From Selaginella moellendorffii (lineage: Eukaryota; Plantae; Lycopodiophyta), in contig NW_003314308.1 in assembly GCF_000143415.4 (NCBI RefSeq), forward strand, positions 819,769-883,768: a DNA stretch of 64,000 bases, in the 5' to 3' direction. How positions within the stretch are numbered: the first letter of the stretch is position 1; each line of letters opens with the position of its first letter. Position numbers and translations under genes: made by a program. Below are positions 1 through 10,412 of the stretch, one piece after another. The notes beneath the pieces are model-generated. The model was not told the origin of the DNA. It saw only the letters and a program-made list of their open reading frames with translations, and did no database searches.

Positions 1-234
1 GCTTTTGTCTCGAGGAAAACATAACATTCTCTAAATTCCTCTCCTTGATCTTTCTCAGGTATATATGAATCCACTTCCTCGGAAAAGCTACCATCCGAGA
101 TTGTATCAAGCACACCTCCAATGTGATCATAGCCAACGATTCTTTTCCATAGTTTCTTGTTAGCCACGTGGCATCTTGGTGGCAGCCACGTGGACGCCAA
201 GTGGCATCCCCCTTGTTCTTTTTGAGAGAATGGA

Positions 235-2136
235 ATGGCGATGGTGGAATTGGAGTGGAGAAGTGGGATCTCTCAACGCAAACACAGCGATCGAGAATGG
301 GATCTTCGCGAGCAATGCGTGGAGCTCATGGGGAGCTGCCAATCGGCATCACAGGCATCAGAGATCCACGGCCGAATCCAGCGCCTCTACGGCAGCCGCG
401 ACGTTTTCATGCAAAACAAGCTCATCGAGATGTATGGCAAATGCGGCAGCCTGGAGAGCGCGCGCCAGATCTTCGACGCCATGCCCATGCACGATTCCTT
501 CTCCTGGACGCTCATGCTCTGCGCGTACTCCCACAACGGCAAGCTCCACGACGCCCAGATCGTGTTCGACGCCACGCCCAGCGATCTCCGCACGCTCGTC
601 GCCTGGACTGCCATGATCGATGCGCTTGCCAAGAAGGGGCATCTGGCTCCCAGCAAGGAGCTTTTCGATCGCATGCCGCAGAGGAATCTCGTGTCCTGGA
701 ACTCGATGCTGGATGGATACACGCACAGCGGCCTCGCCACCCAAGCCAAGCAGCTGTTTGATCAAATGCCCGAGAGAGATCTGCTCTCGTGGACTTCTCT
801 CCTTGTTGCATATGCCCAAAGCGGGCATATGGACTCGGCAAAACGGACTTTTGATTCCATGCCAGGCCGGGATATCGTCGCTTGGAACACGATGCTGGTC
901 TCGTTTTCACGCAAAAATCAGCTCCAGAAAGCGGTGTGGATCTTTGAGAAAATGCCGCAGTTTAATGTTGTGTCTTGGAACGCAATGGTTGCAGCATATG
1001 CCCGAAACGGGCATTTGGATCAAGCAAAACAAGTCATGGAAAAGATGCCTCAGCCCAACCTTGTGTCATGCAACACACTTCTTGCAGCGTTTTCGTCCAG
1101 CGGAAGGGTGACGGAGGCGAAAGAAGTGTTTAACAGCGTTCCGGAGCGAGACATGGCGTCTTGGTCCTCGATGCTTACGGCATATACGCACAATGGGCGC
1201 CTTGAGGAGGCAAAGTGTCTCTTTGATGAGATGCCGAGCCGGAGCTTGGTATCGTGGACGAGCATGATGCTCGTCTACGGTCAGAATGGCCACCTGGACT
1301 ACGCCAAATCAGTCTTTGACTCCATGCCCGAGCGCGATCTCGTCGCCTGGACGTCGATGCTTGCAGCGCTCGTTCACAATTCCCGATTCGATGACGCGCG
1401 GCTGCTCTTTGATTCCATGCCGCAGAAGGATCTCATCGCGTGGACGACGATGCTGCTGGGATACATCCAGGGTGGATTGATCTCCGAAGGAAAAGCGCTC
1501 TTTGACAGCATGCCAGAGAGAAATGCCACTGCTTGGAACTGTATGCTCGGAGTTTACGCTCAGAAGGGCCATCTCGCCAACGCCACCAAAATCTTCCAGG
1601 GAATCCCTGCTCAAGATCAAGGATTGATCTCCTGGAGTGCCATGCTCGCTGCTTACTGTCACCACGGCCATTTCGAGCAGGGCTTTGAAGCATTCCAGGC
1701 GATGAAAATGGTGGTGGAATCCCCAGACGAGGTGTGCTTTACTTTGCTCCTCGTCGCGTGTAGCTGCCAGGGAGAGGTTTACACGGGAAGGTGTGTTTTC
1801 ACGTCAATGAGCGTGGATTATGGAGTGGTGGCCGGGAAGCAGCACTATGCTTGCATGGTGGACTTGCTGGGACGTTCCGGGCATCTGAGAAGCGCCCGAG
1901 AGCTCATTGGCAGCATGCCGTTCGTGGAGGATGTTGTCGACTGGGTTTCCTTGCTGGGATGCTGCAAGAGATACAACGATTTGGAGCTGGGAAGTGTTGC
2001 TGCAAGGAGAATTCTCGAGCTCGACACTAAGTACGGTGCTACCTATGTGCTTCTAGCTAGCATCTTCGTGACAAACATGACTATGGGATTCAAAAGCAAT
2101 GAAAATATCAAAGATTGTATGATAAACATGGTGTGA
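235..2136 (+). CDS. Pentatricopeptide repeat protein, PLS class/E subgroup, no DYW domain (putative organellar RNA editing factor)
   Basis: Intronless 633-aa ORF of tandem ~31-aa repeats (e.g. RDLVAWTSMLAA...A..LFDSMP), then KQHYACMVDLLGRSGHL and an E-domain (W.SLLG.C...DLELG..AA..ILELD...YVLLASI). Start codon uncertain. Confidence 0.95.
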   Translation: MAMVELEWRSGISQRKHSDREWDLREQCVELMGSCQSASQASEIHGRIQRLYGSRDVFMQNKLIEMYGKCGSLESARQIFDAMPMHDSFSWTLMLCAYSHNGKLHDAQIVFDATPSDLRTLVAWTAMIDALAKKGHLAPSKELFDRMPQRNLVSWNSMLDGYTHSGLATQAKQLFDQMPERDLLSWTSLLVAYAQSGHMDSAKRTFDSMPGRDIVAWNTMLVSFSRKNQLQKAVWIFEKMPQFNVVSWNAMVAAYARNGHLDQAKQVMEKMPQPNLVSCNTLLAAFSSSGRVTEAKEVFNSVPERDMASWSSMLTAYTHNGRLEEAKCLFDEMPSRSLVSWTSMMLVYGQNGHLDYAKSVFDSMPERDLVAWTSMLAALVHNSRFDDARLLFDSMPQKDLIAWTTMLLGYIQGGLISEGKALFDSMPERNATAWNCMLGVYAQKGHLANATKIFQGIPAQDQGLISWSAMLAAYCHHGHFEQGFEAFQAMKMVVESPDEVCFTLLLVACSCQGEVYTGRCVFTSMSVDYGVVAGKQHYACMVDLLGRSGHLRSARELIGSMPFVEDVVDWVSLLGCCKRYNDLELGSVAARRILELDTKYGATYVLLASIFVTNMTMGFKSNENIKDCMINMV

Positions 2137-2919
2137 TTGGCAGAATCACAAGAAATCACTGTCTACTAGTTTGCATCCATGTCAAAGGCCGCACGCTTTT
2201 GAAATTGGCGTTTGCCACCACCAGCTGTATGGCAATCCAAATGGGCTCGCAAACAGGCTTGTTGGAGAGCTAGTGCTTGAACTTGATGCTCCTGGTAGTC
2301 CGCCGACGTGAGGCTTGACTCCCATTGCCCAGTCGTGCATCTCATATGTATCTACAAGAAAACACTTTGTACCTCTCAGTGTTTGGATCCACGGCAATTT
2401 TTCCATTTGGGAACCTGGGAAGACTTGGAAGGAAAATCCAGATCCTTTATATAATTGCAGCAGCATGGGCATCTATAATGTACCCAAGAACAAGTCCACA
2501 ATGCGAGGATCCCAACTCGGTTCTCTTCAGTCAGGCTGATAGGAATGCCTTGAGCGTCCGAGCGGAGTGACCAGCTGAACTTGTATCCATAGCCCGCCAA
2601 CTTCTTTGGAGTGGGAGTTGAACTACATGCATAAACGTGTTGGACGGAGTCTTGGGTCAGAAAACACAGCCAACGCTCCCTGTTGTACCGCTTCTCTCCA
2701 CAGACTGCGGAAAACATCGTGGGCGTGTTCCATTGTTTGCATACATCTCTTCCTCGAATCAAAGTTTGGACAAGATCGTGCAAAGCACTTGTCTCCCGGG
2801 GGGGAGGCGGCTGCCGTGAGTTCAAAAAGTATAGCACAGGCAATTTTCCGGAGGAAGAGATACACAATAGTGAATTCAACATTGTTGACTTTTATTTGAT
2901 TTTATTTGATTGAAGGATT

Positions 2920-3738
2920 CTACTTGGGTTCCCGCCATACTTCAGTTTGATAGTCAGTCTCCCAGATGACAATGTAGCCACCATCTGACAATGGCCAGCA
3001 GTAACCACACAATTTGGCTGATTTGGGCAGTACTTGTTCCAAGCAAACAGAACCCACTTTCCAGTGGAATCAACCATCAGTAGATTTCCATCCCTTGCCC
3101 ACACCACCTTGTTCACGTCTCAACGCAAATCATAGGGAACGAAGTTGCAATCTTGTTGCATAATTGCCCCGTACCTTCCATTAGGAGATACGAGCGTGCC
3201 ATGCCTGCCAATGTATGAGCCCAAGGCAGAGTCGGCTCCTCCGATCATGTTGGATTGAGAAGGCCAGCAGTTTTTCCAGCTGGGAGTTTTTCCAGCAGTG
3301 GTAATGTCGAAGAGAGTGCGGTTAAAGTCAAGAGAATGATCAAACACTGGCTCGTCTGGAAGGTCTTCTGTCAATTCAAGAGACGAAGAAGCCATGGTCC
3401 CTGACCTTCCATACCCAGATAAATAGTCAATGGCAAACATCTTCCAGACGCAGAGAATTCGGCCATAGCCTTTGCTCTCAATCTCCCGGGAGGCCACACT
3501 ATAGAGACCCAAGAATGCATTCACTAGTGCCTGGGAACTTATGAACTGGGAAGAATCTGGTGTGACATAGCACATTCCATCGTTCCCGTGCACGCTAAAC
3601 AGCCACAGCCTAACACTCACCTTGAAGTTGAAATTTGATGTAGCCATGAATGTTGATGAGTAAGCTTCTTCCATAAGTGTAATAGCTCTCCCTTGAAATT
3701 GACCGGATGAGCTTTAGAATGGCCTTCGGAGAATCACC
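2920..3738 (-). pseudogene. Pseudogene copy of the secreted unknown-domain/bulb-type lectin gene
   Basis: Colinear with 6397-7425 but 5'-truncated near 3738, with a +1 frameshift near 3660, an in-frame TGA at 3120-3122, a ~45-bp deletion (SDTFEKAKGCYVNLQM lost) and a 4-bp deletion near 2990. Ends VIWETDYQTEVWREPK*. Confidence 0.9.
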
Positions 3739-5438
3739 ATATCCGTAATTTTTTATTTTTTTAACTTAAGCATTTTTATAAAACCAATGCCATACTCTTG
3801 TGTTATTGGTGGTAATTTGTAACTCTTTACTTCATGCCAACAATTATGCCACAATCTACCCACATCTGCCTTAACTGGCACTTGTTGGTGATTACATGTA
3901 GGTGCATCTTTTTTTTACACATCTGCATACAATTATATTTAAATTGCTTAAAAAACAATCTAAATGCCATGACATCTAGAATGCCATGCCAACATGTAAG
4001 TCTAATGCCATATCATCTTAGACAATATGATGTCACTGCAATATAGTAAAGTTTTTTTTGTCATTCTTGTCTTTTTCCACTTTGATTTGTGATCTCTTGA
4101 CTGTGAATTTTCTCTTTGTGCTTGTTAAGCCATGCCTCATTTCTCATGCAAAAGCACTCTTAGTCTTCTGCAAGAGTACTCACATTTCTCGTGCAATAGT
4201 GTTTGCACTTCCCACACAAGTGCACTCCCCCTTAGCAGCTTGGAGGTTTGGAGCATGGCACTATAGTCACGCCCTAATATAGGCTGAACAATGCTTCAAG
4301 CATTGCATATAGTGGGGTGAGAGTGAAAAATTGGAATATGTGACAATTGTGGCAAAGGCATTAGGCAATGGTGCAAAGCCTTTTTTGAAGTTGGCTTCAT
4401 ATTGGTTTTGTTGTGAGTAAGTGGATCATATGGAAGCTGCTTTAAAGCATTATCTTGGCATTGTATAATTTGTTACACTTGTATATCCATATAGTTGTTT
4501 TAGCAAATGTTGTCTAGACATTCTCTTTAGCTTTTAGCAATTATAAAGCTGGGTTTTGTAGTTTTCGTATCAAATCAAGATATTAATTTGATAAAATAAA
4601 AGATAAATTTAAAACAATTAAATATATTTTTCAATATGTTTAATACAGTTGTTAAAAGTAAGACTATTTTGGTTTGCTTTAAATTGATAATAAAAAACTT
4701 AAAGTTCTAAAATAATTAGAAACATGGAATATTAACATCCTTAAGCTTGTAAACATAACCCTAAATTCTTAAGCGAGGCTTAGCATCACCTTACAACTTA
4801 TTAATGAATATAAAAAGAATAACATCCATTGAACATTGGCATGATTGACAGAAACCTTTGGTTTTTTCTACAAAGAGGAAAACAGAAAGCTGAGTGTGTT
4901 TCTCAGAAGCTGGAATGAAAATGACTAGAGGTGTTTGGTTATCGTTTTTATTGGCTCTAGTTTTCTTACTATGAGTTCCCTATAGAAAATCATCAAAAAG
5001 AATTAAGAAAACTAAAGAAGGAACATCTCTATCTGTTAGAATATTGTGATGCGCATCGTAATAGTCTTGCTCACATCTCTCATCTCTTCTAGAATGAAAA
5101 TGGATTACACTATGCATGGACTGAGAAATGTCCTGCAAGAAGAAAGCAAATTAGTGTCAAACCATCACCTTAAAATCCACGCTTCACTGAGTCTCTAGAA
5201 GGACTAGTTCCTAGCATCAAAACAAAAGTCCTCATTACACACAGACAAGATGACTTTGACGGCTTCATCATACTAAAAGAAAACGTCGGAGACGACTTCA
5301 CAGGAAGCAAATCACGCGGACAGCAAGAGTAAAATATGAAATAGAAAGGAAAAGAACACCGTGTATAACCTGACTGGGAAAAATTGTGCACGATTCACGA
5401 TGAGGTCATCCAAAGGACCCCGCCTCCCCTTCTCCGGC

Positions 5439-5445
5439 TATAAAA
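5439..5445 (+). promoter_or_regulatory. TATA box of the germin-like gene
   Basis: TATAAAA about 57 bp upstream of the ATG at 5496, followed by a pyrimidine-rich leader. Confidence 0.6.
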
Positions 5446-5495
5446 TACCTGCCCCTCTCTTCAGAGCTCCATCAGTTTCTTTCCAAGCTCGCAAT

Positions 5496-6161
5496 ATGGC
5501 TCATCTTCGTTTTGTTCTACCTTTCCTTCTAGCAATCAGCTCCATCCTGTTTGTGCATGCAGCCGATGAGGATATGCTGCAGGACTTTTGCGTTGCAGAT
5601 AATGGCTCCAAGGTCAAGGTGAACGGCGTTGTCTGCAAGGCGGCCGACGATGTGAAACCCGAGGACTTCAAGTCGAGCCTCCTGGCAACTCCCGGGAACA
5701 CCTACAACAAGCTCGGCTCCAACGTCACCCTGGCGAGTGTCAACAATTTCCCCGGTCTCAACACCTTTGGTGTTGCTTTTGCCCGCATCGACTACGCTCC
5801 CGGCGGCACCAATCCCCCCCACGTCCATCCCCGAGGAACCGAGCTGCTCTTCCTCCTGCGCGGGACCCTCTACGTCGGATTCGTCACCACCTTGCCAGAA
5901 AACAAGCTCTTCGCCCAAAAGCTCAATCCAGGGGATCTTTTCGTCTTCCCCCGGGGACTCATCCACTTCCAGCTCAATGTGGGACAGGAGCCTGCGGTTG
6001 CGCTCGCTGGCTTCAACAGCCAGAACCCTGGGGCGTCTCAGGTGGCCAGGGCGGTGTTTGATTCTAATCCTCCCATCAACGACGACGTGATCGCCAAGGC
6101 GTTCCAGATTGATGACCGTGCTCTCATCCAGAAGCTGAGAGAGCTCATCGGCATGACTTGA
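5496..6161 (+). CDS. GLP: Germin-like protein (cupin)
   Basis: Signal peptide MAHLRFVLPFLLAISSILFVHA, box A QDFCVAD, box B NPPHVHPRGTE, box C FVFPRGLIHFQ with intact metal ligands. Intronless. Confidence 0.96.
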   Translation: MAHLRFVLPFLLAISSILFVHAADEDMLQDFCVADNGSKVKVNGVVCKAADDVKPEDFKSSLLATPGNTYNKLGSNVTLASVNNFPGLNTFGVAFARIDYAPGGTNPPHVHPRGTELLFLLRGTLYVGFVTTLPENKLFAQKLNPGDLFVFPRGLIHFQLNVGQEPAVALAGFNSQNPGASQVARAVFDSNPPINDDVIAKAFQIDDRALIQKLRELIGMT

Positions 6162-6396
6162 AAGTTTCTTTGCAAAGCGATAGTGGAATCTTTCGTAAGC
6201 ATAATATAAAAAACGCAATCTTTGGATTGTGAATTTCAGCACGGCACTTGTAAATTTTATTTGTTTGACCAAAGATCCTCCGTCCTCTTTGACTTTCATT
6301 AACATACAAGTTTTGCCACAATTTTCCTCACTAAACCACTTCTTTGAAGTTCTATCTATGAATTTATATCCGCCTCCTTTTATTTCTGCTAGGAAT

Positions 6397-7425
6397 TTAC
6401 TTGGGTTCCCGCCATAGCTCAGTCTGATAGTCAGACTCCCAAATGACAATGTAGCCACCATCTGTGACAGAGAGGCTGGCAGTAATCACACAATCTGGCT
6501 GATTTGGGCAATACCTATCAGAAGCAAACAGAACTCTCGTACCAGTAGAATCAACTAGTACTAGATTTCCATCCATTTGGAGATTGACGTAACAACCTTT
6601 GGCCTTCTCAAACGTGTCGCTTGCCCACACTACCTTATTCACGTCCCGATACGAATCATAGAGAACAAAGTTACAGTCTTGTTGCATGATCGCCTTGTAT
6701 CTTCCACTGGGAGATACAAGCGTGGCATAGTTGCCAATGTATGATCCTATTGCAGCATCGGCTCCTCCAATCATGTTGGATCGAAAAGGCCAGCAGTTCT
6801 CCCAGTCGGGATCCGTGGTAATTTCAAAGAGAGTGCGGTTAAAATCATGGGAATGGTCAAACACTACCTGATCTTTTTCATGGTCTTGCTCTGTGAATCT
6901 GAGAGACGAAGAAGCCAAACTCTCTGGCCTTCCATACCAAGATACATAGTCAATGGCAAAAATCTTCCACACGCAGAGAATTCGGCCATAGCCTCTGCTC
7001 TCAATCTCTCGTGAAGCCGTGCTATAGAAACCCAAGAACGCATTCACTAGGGCCTGGGAATCTATGACCTGTGAAGAATCTGGTGTGACATAGCACATTC
7101 CATCGTTCCCGCGTATGCTAAACAGCCACAGCCTTACACTCACCTTGAGATTTTCTGTAGCCATGAATGTGGACGTGAAACTTCTTCCATAGGTGTAATA
7201 CCTCTCCCTTGAGATTGATCGGATGGTCTTTAGAATCGCCCTCGAGATCACGCGAGCATCTCCAGAGTTTAACCTCCATGGGTGCTGTCTCGCTTGAAAC
7301 ACTGGATCTGCTTCAATAGGATTGTAGAAATCAATGTTGGCAAACAAGAAAACAATGAGGATAAGCCTAGCAATCATGTCCATGTTGGGAGACAAGAAAA
7401 CAATGAGGAAGAGCCTAGCGATCAT
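6397..7425 (-). CDS. Secreted protein: ~200-aa unrecognised N-terminal domain plus C-terminal bulb-type (GNA/curculin-like) lectin domain
   Basis: Hydrophobic signal peptide. C-terminal LVSPSGRYKAIMQQDCNFVLY...VVWASDT...LQMDGNLVL...VTDGGYIVIW contains QxDxNxVxY-type motifs. Alternative ATGs at 7383/7377. Confidence 0.88.
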   Translation of the reverse strand: MIARLFLIVFLSPNMDMIARLILIVFLFANIDFYNPIEADPVFQARQHPWRLNSGDARVISRAILKTIRSISRERYYTYGRSFTSTFMATENLKVSVRLWLFSIRGNDGMCYVTPDSSQVIDSQALVNAFLGFYSTASREIESRGYGRILCVWKIFAIDYVSWYGRPESLASSSLRFTEQDHEKDQVVFDHSHDFNRTLFEITTDPDWENCWPFRSNMIGGADAAIGSYIGNYATLVSPSGRYKAIMQQDCNFVLYDSYRDVNKVVWASDTFEKAKGCYVNLQMDGNLVLVDSTGTRVLFASDRYCPNQPDCVITASLSVTDGGYIVIWESDYQTELWREPK

Positions 7426-7429
7426 GTCC
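7334..7429. repeat. 48-bp tandem duplication of the start codon/signal-peptide region
   Basis: atgttggcaaacaagaaaacaatgaggataagcctagcaatcatgtcc followed by atgttgggagacaagaaaacaatgaggaagagcctagcgatcatgtcc. Confidence 0.9.
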
Positions 7430-7554
7430 AAGAAGGTGGACAAGGCTAGAAAGCTTTGTAGCGAATGAGTCTCTTATTGCCTAGCAAGTCAGTCTTTTGA
7501 CTGTCCAATCGAGCATTGATATATACAACAGCGATACATCATACACAGATGTGG

Positions 7555-9753
7555 CTATCCCCGACAGCCAATAGCTACGTTTGTCGCCTTGTCGGATGCC
7601 GCCGCCATCGCCTTGTCCAGGGCAAGCTTCCTTTCTCCAGCGTCTCCGCCCTCCACAACACCAAACGTAGACACCTCCACGAAGTCACCACCATCGTCTT
7701 CCACCGTAGCGTGAGCTTCAGCTCGAGCACCAATCTTTCCATTTGATCCCGAGATCACGGCAGCGATGAATTCTCCCTGGCGGTGTCCATGACTCTGGCC
7801 GCGCTGCTCGTCCTGGCGGTGCTTCGCGAAAGAAATCTCTACGTGACTGCGTTGGTACTCGTCGTACTCGGCCGGGGTTGGGATCACCACGTAGTCATTG
7901 ATGGGGTTGTAGAACGGGTCCGGTTCTCCGGCCTTCAGCCAATGCTTGACAACACGGAAGAGCCTCTCCTCGAGAAGAATCCCTCGGTGATCGCCTGGGA
8001 TTCCCACTCTTGCGACCGCGTCAAGTAAGTCCGCCTACGTTCGTCAAGGATTGTGAGCTGGCAAGCTAAGATGATTTGTTCCTATCACGAACCTTTGCGG
8101 ACTCCACAGGCACCGTTCCATCGCCATCCACACACGTGAAAGTTGCCTACGTCAAGCAAGCACGAAGTGAGACCAAGTCCACAATTTACTAGCACACACA
8201 CCTCAGTTTTCAAGATGTGGCTTAAATTTTCGATAGGACAGTCGGAGCTGCCATAGCTGCAACGAAAAATGAGAAAAACGTGAAAAAAGGGTGAAGAAAG
8301 TGTCAGGCTTAGTACGCAGTCCGGAAGTAGCTTACCAGACATCGAATGGTGTGTCTTGTGAAGTGCCATATATGTTGTAGAAAAGAACTCCCTTTGGAAG
8401 ACTTGCATTCTTCAGGAGCTCCCTGGTTTTGTTGGACCATTCGAGGATGTCGTAGTTGAAGGGGCAAGGTAGGACTTCACCGTTGAAATGGAGCGTATTG
8501 TCTTTCAAGGCGTCTGCCATCACTTCCACACAGCTATACGGCCTGTTAAATACCGCTTTCTCGACGGAACAAGAGCCATTCGAAGTCTCGCATTTACGCC
8601 AGACATGAAGTTCAGGCGGTCGCTTCCACTTGAAATCGGGAGGCGACATCAGCTCGTAAAGCGAGGGACACTCAATCAACTGCAGTCATTGTAATGAAAA
8701 AATCAGTCCTTGAAAGAAAAGAGCAGTAGAATGACATATACCAGCTGATGAGTGCTCCATTTAGCAACAAATAGTTCCTTCTGCCACCCCTTTAGAAACT
8801 CGACTCCGGTTAACAGACAGTCTGTGACAAAACCAGGTGCACCTACGGAGACGAAGCTAAGAATGCCAAGACAATAGTTTTTACCTTGCCAGGGAGCAGT
8901 GATCGCAATCCACGTATCGACATGTTTTTCGAAGAACTAGCAATACAAACTTGAGAGGACGAATTTAAAACAAAGCAATAAACACAAACCTCGTGATTGA
9001 GAGCAAGGAAGCACTTAACGAGCAGGCCACCCATGGAATGCGACACAATCTTCACCTTTTTACCTCCAGCGTGCTTGTACATCTTTTCAATCTTCTTTCT
9101 GAAAGCATCCATAATTTCCGGAAGCCTGCCAGAGCAAAAGTCACAAAGGGAAAGCGATTCAAAAGCTGATTTTGAGACCTGTTGCTTTGCCGAAAGTCAT
9201 AACCAAATCCAAACACTTGCTCGTAGCCCCAGCTCAACATCTTCTCAATCAAATCGTGGAAATAGTAGACGACATTCATTCTGATAATCTGGAGGAACAA
9301 AAAATGTCAAGACAAGAAAATGTCAAGAGATAGCATCCTACCACATCAGGATCCAAGATGTCGCAACTATAAATCCCGTGCTCATCTTGAGGCACTTCGA
9401 TACGAATTTTCTCATTCAGGGACACGGTCCTTCCTGTAAGTAGTGAAAAAATCAAACAGCTAGAAAGAGCTAGAAAGGGGCAAAGAGAAAAAACAAACAC
9501 ACCACAGTGCACACTCACCAGTCTTAGGGTCGAATTTGGAGTAGAGCTTCTCCCGGAATTCGGCATCGGCAGCGAAGAGCCGGACCCAAACACGCTCGGT
9601 GGTGCCATCCTCGTACACGGCATTGAGAATGGAGCCCCCAATTCCAGGCACCAGCAGCACCGGATTCAAATCCTTATCCACATACCGGCGCTGCCGCTCC
9701 CTGAGGATCCATCCCTCGACCTTGTGGATCAAATCCGCGATATTGACGAACAT
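7555..9753 (-). CDS. LCAT4: Lecithin:cholesterol acyltransferase-like 4 / phospholipase A (multi-exon)
   Basis: Exons encode VDKDLNPVLLVPGIGGSIL, FGFGYDFRQSNR, nucleophile elbow VSHSMGG, IECPSLYEL, FYNIYGTSQDTPFDV and GDHRGIL. Short GT-AG introns. Confidence 0.9.
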
Positions 9754-10412
9754 CCTCGCAGCTAGAGGGAAGCGCCGATCATCGCCAATCAATCCCCTCC
9801 CCTTCCCTTAAGTTTACGTTAGGGCTTTTGACAAAAAGATCCCAGGAATATCCGTTATGCTGATTTCGGTGATTTTGCCCTAAAAACAGGTTTTTAGGGT
9901 TCTTGAGGGAGATCAGGTAAATGCTTTCGGGTAGCGGCAGTGGCATAGGATTTTGTGCGCGGAAAAAGCAGTGAAAAGGAGTGATTGAACAAGCGCTATT
10001 TCTACACACGTTACGATTGTCAGAGTTGCCTTTGGAGGAGAAAAGGCGCGTCGAAATCAAGGCTGGCCGATGTAACACTCTATCTTGCGACAGTGTAGCA
10101 CGGAAGAAAAAAGCAAGGAAGCGGCAAAAGAGACGCAAGGGTGGAACATGGGAAGTGGGACTGGTTTGCGAGAAACTTACAAGGTTTTGGTGTAGCATCC
10201 CAATCTGTGCAATGGAGGTGGTGTCAGGTATGCTCGAAGGGATGTCAGGGAAATATGGTGGCTGTGGTCCCTGGTCGCTGGGATGGATTTTTGCGAGGAT
10301 AGGATTCGTAGAAGAATGTGGCAACGGAATTCGGTGGCATTTAAACTCGAGGCTTCTCAAGAACTCTGTCCGAGAACTCTCGAGCAGAGCATCAAAGCTT
10401 TGGAAGTTTGCC

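Noticed and set aside
168-2030. Many overlapping alternative-frame and antisense ORFs over the PPR gene
   Set aside because: Shadows of a GC-rich repetitive CDS, with no recognisable motifs.
2140-2780. Coding-like sequence between the PPR gene and the lectin pseudogene
   Set aside because: No frame gives a recognisable protein. Possibly a decayed gene fragment, but unsupported.
3740-5300. AT-rich segment truncating the lectin pseudogene (possible MITE or Helitron)
   Set aside because: No convincing TIR, TSD or 3' hairpin-CTRR found by eye.
5529-6461. 310-aa antisense ORF
   Set aside because: Antisense shadow of the germin-like gene plus an off-frame piece of the lectin 3' end.
9981-10412. 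144-aa N-terminal extension of the PME ORF
   Set aside because: GTG start. The signal peptide begins at ATG 10413, and the region is the shared LCAT/PME promoter.
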